Of a stretch of 64,000 nt of DNA, positions 36,960 through 50,164 are shown in pieces; position 1 is the stretch's first letter; every line of letters starts with the position of its first letter. The translations under genes were made by a program, and so were the position numbers. Under the pieces are notes generated by a model. That model made no database searches. It saw only the letters and a list, made by a program, of their open reading frames with translations, and was not told where the DNA came from. The DNA is from Sphyrna mokarran (lineage: Eukaryota): positions 81,344,001 to 81,408,000 of the forward strand of contig JAGIQG010000009.1 of the NCBI GenBank assembly GCA_024679065.1, in the 5' to 3' direction.

Positions 36960-37790
36960 GTTGTGGATAGTCTGGAGGGATGTCTGAAGTTGCAGTGAGA
37001 CATAGATAGGATGCAAGACTGGGCAGAGAAGTGGCAGATTTTTTCAACGCGGATAAATGTGTGGTGGTCCATTTTGGCAGGACCAATGGAATGAAGGAGT
37101 ATAATATCAAGGGTAGGAGTCTTGGCAGTGTTGAAGAGCAGAAGTATCTTGGGGTCCGGGTCCATAGGTCTGTTAAATCTGCCCCGCAAGTGGAGGATGT
37201 GGTCAAGAAGGCACATGGTGTACTGGCCTTCATTAATAGAGGAATTGAATTTAGGAGTCAGGAGGAAATGCTGCAACTTTATAAGACCCTTGTTAGACCC
37301 CACTTGGAGTATTGTGTGCAGTTCTGGTCACCTCACTACAGGAAGGATGTGGAAGTTATTGAGAGGGTGCAGAGGATATTTACAAGGATGTTGCCTGGAT
37401 TGGGGGGCATGCCTTATGAAGATAGGTTGAGAGGAGACCTGATAGAGGTTTATAAGATGTTGAAAGGAATAGATAGAGTGGATTCTTGGATGCTATTTCC
37501 CAGGGCTGAAATGGTCGCTACGAGAGGACACAGGTTTAATGTGCTGGGGGGCAAGTATAGAGGAGATGTTAGAGGTAAGTTTTTCACTCAGAGGTTGATG
37601 AGTGAATGGAATCGGTTCCTGTCAATGGTGGTAGAGGCGAACTCGCTGGGGTCTTTTAAGAGACTTCTGGATGAGTACATGGGATTTAATGTGATTGGGA
37701 GTTCCAGATAGTTCTATGGCCTGGGAAGTATCGATATGATCAGCACAACTTATGGGCCGAAGGGCCTGTTTGTGCTGTAGTGTTCTATGA
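36960..37790 (+). mobile_element. CR1 3' fragment (unit C copy)
   Basis: 226-aa RT C-terminal ORF. Confidence 0.9.
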
Positions 37791-39009
37791 TCTAGGAATG
37801 AATATTCTGTATTAATTATTCACACAAAGACTGGACTATTTCTCCCTGGTTCGCACACTTTTCTCACAGGATACTAAAGTGAAAATCTACACCACTAAGA
37901 ACCAGTGTTCCATGTTCCCATTCTGAGCTTTGAGATCCTTTCACATTTAACATCAGTGTGGGTCTTAACACCTCAAACAACATTCTATTCTCTCAAAAGT
38001 AACTCTGGAGATTGTTGCTGGTGATTTTAAAATGATTCCAGATCCGTATAATTTTATTGTTGAGCCACCTTCTTTAACCTGCTACAAATTGCATCCATTA
38101 AACTTTTGGGTTTATATTTTGTGAAGAGACAAACACATTTTAAACTCTTCTTTCAGCACAGAAGCTTTCAGCATTTGGATTTGTGTCAATTGTTGTCAAA
38201 GCTTTAAAAAGAAACATTTCCTGTTGAGAACATTATCAGGACCCAAACCTGAACCTTTAACTTTGTAAGAATTATAATTTTCACGATCAAAATTGAAGCT
38301 CCCTCTTCCTGATGTGTGTAGCTTTGTATCCAGATCAAAAGTCCCACATGTTTATTAACACATATTCTTTATCTTAGATAACATCTTTGTATCTCAAAGG
38401 TCACTTGCTGAAAGGTCAGATTCTTATTGATCTGTGTGTCCATATCAGATCTCCTATCCCCAAGTAGAAAATAACAGTGCTCCTGAAGGGGTTAAATCAT
38501 TTTCCACAGAATCCCTATCGTGCAGAAGGAGTCCATTTGGCCCATCGAATCTATACCATCAACAATCCCGTCCCATGTCCTATCCCTACAACCCCACACA
38601 TTTACCTCACTAATCTCTCGAACCTCCACATCCTGGGACACTAAGGGGCAATTTAGCATGGCCAATAAACCTAACCCACATATCTTTGACTGGGGAAGGA
38701 ATCCGGAGCACCCAAAGTAAATCTATGCAGACACGGGGAGAATGTGCAAATCCCACAGTGATCCAAACAGGGAATCAAGCCCAGCTCCTTGGAGCTGTTA
38801 TACAGCAGTGTTAACCACTGTGCCACTTGGTTCTAAACCATGACCATGGTGTGGGAGTAAAAATCTTCTTAATGTTGCTGGCAATGTTGTTCCATTTGTG
38901 ATTCTCTGAAAATAAAAACACAAGGTGCATTCTGCTCGAGGGGGGGAATGGATTCAGCAATCTGAAAGTTTAAGCTGTCGTTACAAAGAGTTCACTCTAG
39001 GCCCGATCT

Positions 39010-39580
39010 TACCAATTGGAGCGAAAGGGCCGGATCCAGGAATAATACCGATCCGAGCCCGGAATTGTCACTGCAGCGAGCCCATATGCTTCTTATATAT
39101 ATTTTGAAATATTTTCCCAAAGACTGTCAGATTGGAAGATTGAAACGTAACCAACAGAGGAAGTGAAAGAAGCAGCCGAATATTTGTTACTGAGACGGGA
39201 ACAATTATCTGAACAACATTAAACTTTCAGACTCAAAACAAATAAAAACACTAGCAGTGGAGGGGGTGGGAGGAATCTTGGAGACTGACACCGACAGGAA
39301 CAATCTAAACAGCTGAAACTCCCATTTCCTCAGTCCCTGCCCGTCACTGCTCAGGAACTCCCCGAGGGGAACCCTCTCGCTCTGACACTCTCTCTCTCTT
39401 GCTGCTTCTGTCTTTCTCTCCTCTCTCTCTCTCTCTCTCCTGGATGAAAGCTTTAACAACTTGCAGCAAATTAATTCATTTCCATCTTTCTAATTATTTG
39501 AAAAATTCACTGAGTGACATTTTGAGTCCCCAATCTAAATTTTTCCCTCTCACTCACTGCACCTGACACCAGGAAATGGT
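39010..39580. promoter_or_regulatory. Candidate 3' enhancer/promoter module, cluster C
   Basis: EICE 39159-39168, NF-kB-like GGAACTCCCC 39354-39363, E-boxes. Confidence 0.5.
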
Positions 39581-40619
39581 CAATACTGTTTTACTGTACC
39601 AGTTCGAGCAGCTGGATGTTTGTTACTGAGACGGGAGAAAATGGTGAACCGTGTTCACTACCTCCAATCTCCCAGCACAGAAGGCACAGTGGGATACAGT
39701 CAGGAGGGAGTTATCCTGGGAATCCTCAACAACATTCCAGACTCCATGTAGTCTCTCGTTACCATGTCAAACACAGACAAGGAAACCTCCTCTGGTTACC
39801 ACATACCGTCCCCACCTCTGCTGATGAATCAGTTCTCCTCCATGTTGAACACCATTTGGAGGAAGCACTGAGGGTGGGAAGGACACAGAATGTACTCTGG
39901 GTGGGGTATTCAATATCCATCATCAAGAGTTACTCCTTGTGGTTCACCAGGATGTTTCCTGGTATGGAGCGTCTTAGCTGTGAGGAGAGATTGGGTAAAT
40001 TGGGGTTGTTCTCCCTGGAAAGATGGAGAATGAGGGGAGATCCAATCGAGGTGTACAATATTATGAAGGATATAGATAAGGTGAACAGCGGAAAGCTTTT
40101 TCCAAGGCCGGAGGTGACGATCGCGATGGGTCACAGGCTGAAGGTGAGAGGAACGGGGAATAACTCAGATATCAGAGGGACGTTTTTTACACAGGCGGAG
40201 GTGGGGGCCTGGAATGCACTAACAAATAGGGCGGTGGAAGCGGACATGCTGGGATTGTTTAAGACTTACCTGGATCGTCACATGAGCAGACTGGGAATGG
40301 AGGGATACAAACAAATGGTCTAGTTGGACCAATGAGAGCACAGGCCTGGAGGCCAAAGGGCCTGTTTCCGATGCAGTGTTGTTTTTTTGTTCTTTGTATT
40401 TGAAACTATGGGAGTAGTGAGACCGTGTGAGAGGGGAAGGTCAAGCGGGAGGTGGTGAATGTGGGGTGGAGAATTGTAATTGTGATGGTTTAATCCCAGC
40501 AACTTTCAGTTTCTTTTCTGTTTTCAATCTTGTCACTCAAGAAATTCCAGATCAAACTGATCATTTTCAAATGGTTGATCATTGGATTTGAATCCAATCT
40601 TCTGCTGATGTGTCATTGA

Positions 40620-40880
40620 TGATGATGTGGAGATGTCGGCGTTGGACTGGGGTAAACACAGTAAGAAATCTCACACCACCAGGTTAAAGTCCAACAGGTT
40701 TATTCTGCTCACAAAGAGGGCATTTAAACACAAAATTGTAAATTATGTTCATATCTTTATATGCCCTGTTTGTGAATAGAATTCCCTCTCACCTGATGAA
40801 GGGTCAGTGCTCCGAAAGCGAGTGGTTTGTGCTACTAAATAAACCTGTTGGACTTTAACCTGGTGTCATACTGCTTCGTG
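40620..40880. mobile_element. Penelope-like remnant with hammerhead-like core (unit C copy)
   Basis: CTGATGA 40793-40799 ... GAAA 40814-40817; inverted terminal segments. Confidence 0.6.
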
Positions 40881-41005
40881 TGTCATTGATTGACAGTCCA
40901 AGCAACCAATCAGGACAATCACTTGGTGAAAGGCAGCCAATCAGCTGATGGGGAGGTGGGACATTTCCAAAGCACTCACCAGACATATACTGAATATTCT
41001 TAATG

Positions 41006-41106
41006 TTTATTACCTTTTACACATTGACAGTGACAGAAAAAAGACTTGAATAAACAGCCCAGCCAGAGGAAGCTGGAGAAATTCACAGGGAGAATGGAGG
41101 TTTATT
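41006..41106 (-). terminator. Candidate polyadenylation signals, cluster C
   Basis: TTTATT at 41101-41106 and 41006-41011. Confidence 0.65.
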
Positions 41107-41484
41107 AAAACACTTGTGGAGATTTTCTCAATAACATGAGAATCCTGTCCCTTTAAACAGTGACTGAAGCTTCAATTGTAACTGCAGGGTGAGCAGGAAG
41201 GAGGTCTGGTTTACTGAAGCAGATACTTAAGAGGGTCACATTATTTCTGTACAGCTGACAGTCTCCAGCACTCCCAATAAAGGAACAGCACGGGGTTAAT
41301 AGAGAGTAAAGCTCCCTCTACAATATCCCAACAATGTTCTTTAATCCCTGACCCTCAGAAGTGTCTCAGACCCAGTCCCAGGAAGGAAGAGAATTGTAAT
41401 TCAATGCTGACAGTGACCTTTACCCTCCCAGCTCACCCCTGTTCTATCCAAGTTGTGTCTCCTCTGTGGACTGTCTCTAACACT

Positions 41485-41813
41485 CTAGGCACATTCTGAA
41501 CTCCTGACACTCTTGCTGAGGGGAGAGGAGAGGCTCACGTGGGTGAGGGCACAGGAGAAGCGAGCGTTGGACTCCCAGTCGGAGCCAGAGAGGGTCAGCA
41601 GGCTGCTGACGCTGTAGGTGTTGTCCGAAGCTCGCAGGTAGTTGCTGGTCTGAATCCCGTTGGAAATGGCTGCACCGTCCTTCTTCCACTTCACCTCCAC
41701 CTCATCGGGATAGAAGTGATTGGCAAGGCACACCAGGGTGGCAGTGCCCTTGGTCTTGACCTCCTCCGGGGAGGGGGGCAGCAGGGTCAGCGTGGGTTGT
41801 GAATTCTCACGGG
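41485..41813 (-). CDS. IGKC: Ig kappa constant exon, cluster C
   Basis: Same C1 domain as B with a V>I change (NGIQ); intact acceptor and TAG stop. Confidence 0.97.
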
Positions 41814-44800
41814 CTGAAAGAGAAGAGAAGGAATTTTAATCACTGTCATTTTCAGACTTTCAACATCCCGAATATTAACTGGGATCAAATCAGTGTCAAT
41901 GATTTGATGTTGCAGAATTCTGAAAATCCATTCCAGGGGAACGTTTTTAACCAGTCCGGAACAATCCCAACAAGAGAAGGGTCAATTTTAGCAGTTTTAG
42001 GGAATGAAACTCAGCATGTGGAAGGTGTATCAGTGAGAGAGCATTTGGGTAATAATGATCATAATAGATTTAGAGTAGCTCCGGAAAAGGGGAAAGATCG
42101 ATCAAGAGTAAACGTTTTAAATGGGAAAAGGCCAATTTCACTAAACTGGAATTTGCCAAAATGGAAAGGAAACAGTGACTTGAAGGTAAATCAGTGTCAG
42201 AGCAGTGGGAGGATATTCGAGCTGGAGATAGAGTTCAGGACATATATGTTCATCAAGCAATAGTGTGGGACATTGCAAAGAGAATAACTAAGGATTAAAT
42301 AGGGCTGATTAGAGATCGAAAAGGTAACTTGTGTGTGGAAGGACAAAGTTGACATTGTGGTTCAGGAGAGGAGGGATTGTGAAAGAATTATTGGGATAAT
42401 GATAGTGAGCGAGGAGGTATTAATGTGTTTATCACCATTTAAAATGGAGAAATTCCCAGGGCCGGGTGAAATGTATCCCAGGAAGTGAAAGGAAGAACAG
42501 GAAGAAATAACAGAGACTCTGACCATTATTTTCCAATCCTCTCTGTGTACAGGTGTGGTATGGGTGGACTGGAGGATAGATCACACTTTTTCAAACTAAA
42601 AGCTGATGGAATCCGAGGGAAAGTGGCACATTCGAATTCAAATTATTTCCGTGTCTGAGGGTAAAGGTTTTGATTTGAAGCCGGTTAAATCATTTTGCAA
42701 TCTTACTGAAACTGTAAACAAGATTAGTACAAATTCAGCGCTGAAATGGTTAATACTGAGAGTATTTAAAGACACGGTGTCCCTTTAAGAGACTGTTAAC
42801 CAATCAGGAAGCTGGAACTATTGCTCAGTCTGTCTGGGGGAAACAGGTTGAGCATCAACAAACCTCAGATCACACACAGATCAGGAGAACTTTATCCCAG
42901 AACATTGGAGCAGACTTGGATCAACACACTTCACACAGGATTCCCATTGGCTGGTGTAGAAACTTCTAGATTTCATTTCAAACCTTACTGTCCAGCACTG
43001 GGCTGAGGTCAAGGGTGAGGCTAGAATTAGTCTCAGTGTCCAGGGGTCAGACAGGGTCACTGCTCCGAATGACCCCATGAACTCTGGAGGATGTGAGTAT
43101 GTGGAGAATGGGTGAGAGTCAGGATTAGGAATCTTCAATCTCAAAGACAGAATTACATTTCTATAGCACCTGTCACCACCTCAGAATGTCCCAATGTGTT
43201 TTACAGCTCATTGTGCACAGCAAGATCCCAGGGAGCAGAGTGAGAAAGAACAGATAAGCAGATTTGTAGTGATATTGATTGAGGGATGAATATTGACCAG
43301 TTCACCGGGGTGAACTCCCCTGCTCTTCTTCCAATAGTACCATGGGATCTTTTACACCCGCTGAGAGGGCAGATATCAGATTGTCTCATCTGAAAGATGG
43401 GAGGCCTGTAGTTTAGAGGGGGGATATGACAGGTGCTGGCCCTTTCCCCATGAAGATTTTGGAAGTGGATGGGGAAAGTGGGAGGTGAACTAGAGAAACA
43501 TCTTTGTTGCTGCTGAAACTCTTGCTATCTGCTCAGTCACATCTAATAAACACACAGACACATCAGACAAACATCAGTCTGTTTCTGTGGATTCTCTGCT
43601 GCTTTCAGTTCAATGAAGAGTGCAGGAGGACATGCCAGGAGCAACAACAGACAGACTGAAAAATGAGGTGTTAACCTGGTGAAGCTACAACACAGAGACT
43701 GTGTGCCAAACAGCAGAAGCAGCAAGTGATAGACAGAGTTAAACCATCCCACAACCAATGGATCAGATCTAAGCTCTGCAGTCCTGTCACATCCAGCCGT
43801 GAATGGTGGTGGACAATTAAACAACTCACTGGAGGAGGAGGCACCACAAATATTCCCATCCTCAATGATGGAGGAACCCAGCACATCAGTACAAAAGATA
43901 AGGCTGAAGCATTTGCAGGAATCTTCAGCCAGAAGTGCCGAGTGGATGATCCATCTCGACCTTCCCCGGAGGTCCTGAAGACTTGTGCTCCAGAACTTCC
44001 CGTGTCCCTAACCAAGCTGTTCCTGTACATCTACAACACTGGCATCAACACAACATTGTGATAAATTACCCGGTTATGAACTGTGCACAAAAAACAGGAC
44101 AAATCCAATCTACACAATAACCACCCCATCAGTCTACTCTCGATCATCAGCAATGTGATCTGAACATATCCAGAGCGATACCAAGCAGCACTTACTCAGC
44201 AATAATCTGCTCACTGACACTCAGTTTGTGTTCCACCAGGGTCACTCAGCTCCTGATCTCATTACAGTCTTGGTTCAAACATGGACAAAAGAGCTGAACT
44301 CCAGAGGTGAGGTGAGAGAGACTGTCCTTAACATCAAGGCAGCATTTCAGCAAGTGTGGCATCAAGGAGCCCTCACAAAACTGGAGCCAATGGGAATCAG
44401 GGGAAAACTCTCCACTGGTTGGAGTTGTACCCGGCACAAAGGAAGATGGTTGTTGTTTGGGGTTTAACTCTACAATCTATATTAATGAGCTGGATGAAGG
44501 GAATGAGAGGAATGTCACTAAACTTGCTGATGATAAAATGAAAAGTAGAAATGCATGTTGTGAGGAGGATACAGAGTCTGAAAAGGAATAGAGATAGGTT
44601 CAGTGAGTGGGGAAACATCGACAGATGGGGAATAATGTGGGAAAATGAGGTTGTCCACTTTGGCAGGAGAATAGAGCAGAATACTAGTAAACTGGAGAAA
44701 TTCTATCGAGTGATCTGGGTGTGTTTGCATCCAGGAACAGAAAAAAATTAGGAAGGCAAATGGAATGTTGCTCTTCATTCCAATGAGGATGAGTATAAAA

Positions 44801-47800
44801 GGAGGGATGTTTTGCTCCAGCACATTGGGAAAATCACACTGAGAATATTGTGGACACTTAGGGTCTCCGTACTTAAGGAAAGATATAGTAGAATTGGAAA
44901 GAGTTCAGAGATGGTTCACTGGGCTGATTCCACTGAGTAAGGGATTGTCTTATGAGGAAAGGTTGAGCAGGTTGGGCTGATACTCATTGGAGTAGAACTT
45001 ATTCCATCACCTCAGCACCATCTTCACCAGGGCAATTTGGGATGGGTGATAAATACTGGTCTGCAGAGAATCACAGGAAATAGGAACAGGAATAGGCCAT
45101 TTGGCCCTTTGAGCCTGTTCCACTATTCATCATGGTCATGGCTGATCATCCAATAAGGAGTCAGATCTTGTCTTCCCCGCCAAATTATTTTATCCTATTC
45201 ACCCCAAGAGCTAAATCTAACTCCTTCTTGAAAATGTATAATATTTTGTCCTCAGCTGCTTTCTGTGATAGTGAATTCCACAGGTTTATCCCTCTCTAGG
45301 TGAAGGAATTTCTCCTCACCTCAGTCCTAAAAGGTTTACCCCATATTCTCAGATTATGATGCTTCAAACGGGACACTCCCAGCATTGGGAACATGCTTTC
45401 TGTATCTCTCCTGACTATTCCCGTTGGACTTTTATAGGTTTTTATGTGATCCCCATCATTCTTCTGAACTGCAGTGGGGCAGCACGGTGACACAGTGGTT
45501 GGCACTGCTGACTCACAGTGTCACAGGCCCAGGTTCAATGACCAGCTTGGCTCACTGTCTGTGTGGAGTTTGCACATTCTTCCCATGTCTGCGTAGGTTT
45601 CCTCCAGGTACTACCGTTTCTTCCCACAGTCCAAAAGGTGTGCAGGTTCGGTGAATTGGCAAAGTTAAATTCGCCGACAGAAGAGACACCGGAATGTGGC
45701 CATGTGGCTATTTTCTCAGTGACTTCATTGCAGTGTGAATGTAAGCCTACTTGTGACTAAGAAATAAAGTTAAAAAAAATACCAATGCAATCTCTCCTCC
45801 TACATCAATCCCACTATCACAGAAATCATTCCAGTAAACATTTGCTGCACTTCCTCTGTTGCAAAAGCATTCTTCCTCAGATGATGGGATAAAACTGTAC
45901 ACATTATTCCCAGTGTGGTCTCACCAAGGCCCTGTATAACTGCAGAAAGACAGAATTACAAGGGACAGGGATAGGGTAGATAGCCGGAAACTTTTCCCCT
46001 GAATCACAGAGGCAACAGATTCTGAGGGAATTGAGGGAAATCTTTTCACTCAGAGGGTGCTGGGAATCTGGGACTCACTGCCTGAAAGGATGGTGGAGGT
46101 GGGAACCTTCACAACATTTAAGAAGCTTTTAGATGAGCACTTGAAATTCCAAAGCAAACAAAGCAACGGACCAAATGCTGGAAAATGGGATTAGAATCGA
46201 TAGATACTTAATGGCCGGCACAGACATGGTCAATAGAATCTCTAAAGTGCAGACGGAGACCATTCGGCCCATCGAGTCTGCATCAACTCTTACCCCATAA
46301 ACCCCATGTATTTACCTCACTATTCCCCCTAACCTGTTCGAATTTTATAAGTCTGCATGAGATATTTCCTCATTCCTCTGAATTCCAGTGAATATAAGTC
46401 TTAACCAGCTCAATCTCTCCTCATACATCAGTCCCATTATAACAGGAATCTGTCTGGGATACCTTCTCTGCACTCTCTCTAGAGCAAAATATCCTTCCTG
46501 AGATTGCGAGACCAAAACTGTGCACAATATTCCCAGTGCTGCCTCACCAAAGCCCTGTATAACTGCAGCACATCCAAATTATGAAGACATAGAACAGATA
46601 CGAAGGAACTTTTCCCCTTTGAGCAGTAGATTCAAAAACCAGGGAGCATAGATTTAATTTCAGAAGCAGAAGATTTTGAGGGATTGTAGGAAAAACCTTT
46701 TCACTCAGAGGGTGTTGGGAATCTGGAACTCACTACCTGAAAGGGTGCTAGAGGCAGGAACCCTCACAACATTTAAGAATCATTTAGATGAGCATTTGGA
46801 ATTCCAAAGCCGACAAGGCTATGAATCAAGTGTTGGAAAATGTGATTAGAATAATTAGGAGCTTGATGGCCGGCAGAGACAGGATGGGCTGAAGGGCTTC
46901 TTTCTGTGCTGTAAATTTCAATGGCATTCTGACTGAGCCAAGAGGTAAATGATGAGAATGTAAAATTACTATTTTCTGGAAAATTCCGATGTGCATAGAA
47001 CATAGAACATTACAGTGCAGTACAGGCCCTTCGGCCCTCAATGTTGTGCTGACCAATGAAACCAATCTAATGACCCTCTAACCTAAACTAATCCAATATT
47101 ATTCCTATGCCTATACACTGACCATTTGAATGCTTTTAAAATTGGTGAGTCCACAGCTGCTGCAGGCAGAGCATTCCATGTCCTCACTACCCTCTGAGTA
47201 ATTGCGAAAATGTGCAGGTTAGATGGATTGGCCATGCTAAATTGCCCCTCGTGTGTTCTTTAGGTGGGTTAGCAATGGTAAATGTGCAGGGTTACAGGGA
47301 GCCTGGGTAAGAAGCTCTTTTGGAGAATCGGGTGAAAAGATTTCCCTCACGTCTCTCAAAATCTGCTGCTTCTGTGATTAACGAGAAAAGTTTCCTCATA
47401 TCTACCCTATCTCTGTCTCTCATAATTCTGTCAATGGACTGAATATCCTCCTCCTGCACTGTAGGGATTCAATGGCTAATAAAAAACTACACGGACTGTG
47501 TAAGGTTTTCACAGTGAAGGGATCCATTTTAAATGATCTGTGTTGTGACCAATCGAGGGCAGGATTCCAGCTGATTATTCCTCACCCAGAGGAAAACAAA
47601 ATTGGGATCCTGTTCAGGAAGTTAACAAATGAGGGATCCTGTCTGAGGACTGGTTACAACATGTACACAGCAAGATCCCACATATAGCAATCAGCATTTT
47701 CAGTGATGTTGGATCCAGGATAAATATTGGCCTGAACTCATCGCAAAGAGAAAGTAACAAAAGCCTGGAACACTGAAGCCACTGGATTGTGAGCCCTGCT

Positions 47801-48275
47801 GTGGCTGTTTGTCATCAGAACTTCAGCAAGAGAGAAGCAGGGAGTGGAGAGAGCAGAGTGAAAGCTGGGGCAGGTGGCACCTCGGTGTCTCACTGTGCTG
47901 CTGCTGTGATCAGTTATATCAGAGAGTGAGACAGAGAGTTCAACTTCACATCAAACTCTGCCTGTGTGTGTCACACTGAGACCGACAGGAGTCTAGAGAG
48001 TGATTTCACTCCATGCTGCAGGAATGTGAACACAGTCTGCAAACGTCCAGATCTCCTCCACACGGTGGGTAAAAGCTGCTTACTGAAATCTTGCTGTTTA
48101 AAGGGGGAATGGAAGGAAAGAAATACAGCTGGACTCCCTGTTCTACACAATGTTCTTCAATCAACCATTTCATTGACTGTAACTTCCTCACTAACACCTT
48201 CAACTATTCAGTATTTGTGTTTGAGAAAGTTTCAGCATTGAAAGGGTTAATAACGGAGGATTGGGCTTTACTTAC

Positions 48276-48310
48276 TCAGTCTGAGTTTGGTTCCTTTACC
48301 AAACGTAAGG
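48276..48310 (-). CDS. IGKJ: Ig kappa J segment, cluster C
   Basis: LTFGKGTKLRL followed by a gtaagt donor. Confidence 0.96.
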
Positions 48311-48349
48311 CACACTGACAGCTTCCAGTGCAGGAGCTGTACAAAAACC
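48311..48349 (+). other. J 23-RSS, cluster C
   Basis: CACACTG-23 bp-ACAAAAACC. Confidence 0.95.
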
Positions 48350-48627
48350 TCTGTCTCTGACTCACTCACTCACTCTTCTTTCTCTCTCACTCTTTCTCTC
48401 TCACTCTTTCTGTCTCCCTCTTTCCCTCTCTGTTTCTCTCAATATCCCTGTGTTTTATTGGGAGTGTTGAGAATTCTAATTTGAGATGATAAATCTTTCA
48501 GCTGCTCTTCATGTGTGAACATGGAGAGTAAGAGGGAAACTCGAGGCCTTCAGCGAGCAATGGAAACGACAGGGACTGGAGTGTGTAGCGGACAGTGCAA
48601 ATAATTTTTTCAGTTTCCTTTCTTGTG

Positions 48628-49054
48628 TTTATTATATATTTTATAAAACTGTGGGATGTGTCAGTACAGGAGGTGGTGCTGTGTGTCCATTATTATATAT
48701 TATATAAAACTGTGGGATGTGTCAGTACAGGAGGTGGGACTGTGTGTCCATTATTATATATTATATAAAACTGTGGGATGTGTCAGTACAGGAGGTGGGA
48801 CTGTGTGTCCATTATTATATATTATATAAAACTGTGGGATGTGTCAGTACAGGAGGTGGGACTGTGTGTCCATTATTATATATTATATAAAACTGTGGGA
48901 TGTGTCAGTACAGGAGGTGGGACTGTGTGTCCATTATTATATATTATATAAAACTGTGGGATGTGTCAGTACAGGAAGTGGGACTGTGTGTCCATTATTA
49001 TATATTATATAAAACTGTGGGATGTATCAGTACAGGAGGTGGTGCTCTGTGTGT
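48628..49054. repeat. 61-bp minisatellite x7 between V and J, cluster C
   Basis: Reverse complement of the B array, with different variant units. Confidence 0.95.
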
Positions 49055-49057
49055 TGG

Positions 49058-49085
49058 GGTTTTTGTAAGGCTCTGTATCACTGTG
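49058..49085 (-). other. V 12-RSS, cluster C
   Basis: GGTTTTTGT-12 bp-CACTGTG. Confidence 0.98.
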
Positions 49086-49384
49086 TAGTGAGTAGCTGTA
49101 TCCTTGCTGACAGTAATAATCAGCAACATCCTCATTCTGAACATTGCTGATTGTCAGGGTGAAACTTGTCCCAGATCCACTGCCACTGAATCGGTCAGAT
49201 ACTCCTGTGAATCGAGTTGATGCGTCATAGATCAGTAGAGCCGGTTTCTGTCCTTCTCGCTGTTGATACCAACTCACATAGCTGCTAACAGATTCACTGG
49301 CCGTACAGGTGATGGTGGCGGTCTGGCCCAGGCTCACTGACAGCACCGCGGGGGTCTGGGTCATGATGACCTCTCCATTGATAC
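49086..49384 (-). CDS. IGKV: Ig kappa V exon, cluster C
   Basis: Protein identical to the cluster B V exon; intact acceptor. Confidence 0.97.
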
Positions 49385-49570
49385 CTGAGGGGTAATAGAG
49401 AAACAGAGTGAAGTGAGAACTGTCACAGAAAGAGGCTGTACAATGAGATATTGTTGAAGACACTGACTGTTCCTCTCCTTTCAACATTTTCCCTTCAATC
49501 ACAAGTCAGGAGAATTGGATTGAAATGGAGAGCAGGAAAATATTGAAGGTGGAAGGAGAGAGATTAGTAC

Positions 49571-49619
49571 CTGCGATGCAGAATGCCAGAGGCCAGAGCA
49601 GCTGGATGGCTGAAATCAT
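49571..49619 (-). CDS. IGKV: Ig kappa leader exon, cluster C (MISAIQLLWPLAFCIA-G)
   Basis: As in B with an S10P difference. Confidence 0.92.
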
Positions 49620-49678
49620 GGTGTGTGCTCGTGTCCCTGTGCCTGTTACTGATAAACTCTCCCTTCACTGGGCTCTGC

Positions 49679-49772
49679 TTTATAAAGCTGCAGCCTGTGA
49701 GAGTCTCACTGCCTGTTCCTCAGTTTGTAAATGGTCTGACCCAGAGAAACCACGTCAGCACCTTTCACTTCC
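49679..49772 (-). promoter_or_regulatory. V promoter of cluster C
   Basis: TATAAA, ATTTACAA, TGACGTGG, EICE 49763-49772. Confidence 0.7.
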
Positions 49773-50164
49773 TCTTCTTCTCTCTCTATCCCTCAATCTC
49801 TGTCCCTCAGTCTCTGTCCCTCAGAATCTGTCCTTCACTCGCCGTTGGTTTCTCTTTCTTTCTCTCTCTCTGTATTTGTCTCTCAGTTTCTCTCTCTCTC
49901 ATTCTCAGTCTTTCTCTCTCGATATCTGTCCCTCAGTCTCTGTCTCCCTCACTCTATCACTCCCTCAATTGCTGTCTCTTTCAATCTCTGAGTAACTCTT
50001 CATTTGTCTCTCTTTCTATCCACAACACTCTTGCTGTCTCACTTTTTTGTCCTTCCTGTCTCACTCTCTTTGTTTACCCTCTCAATGAGTCTTTCTTTCT
50101 CCCTTCTCATTCTCCCTCTCTCTATTCCTCTCAGTTCCTCCCTCACTTTATCTCATAAAGTTAT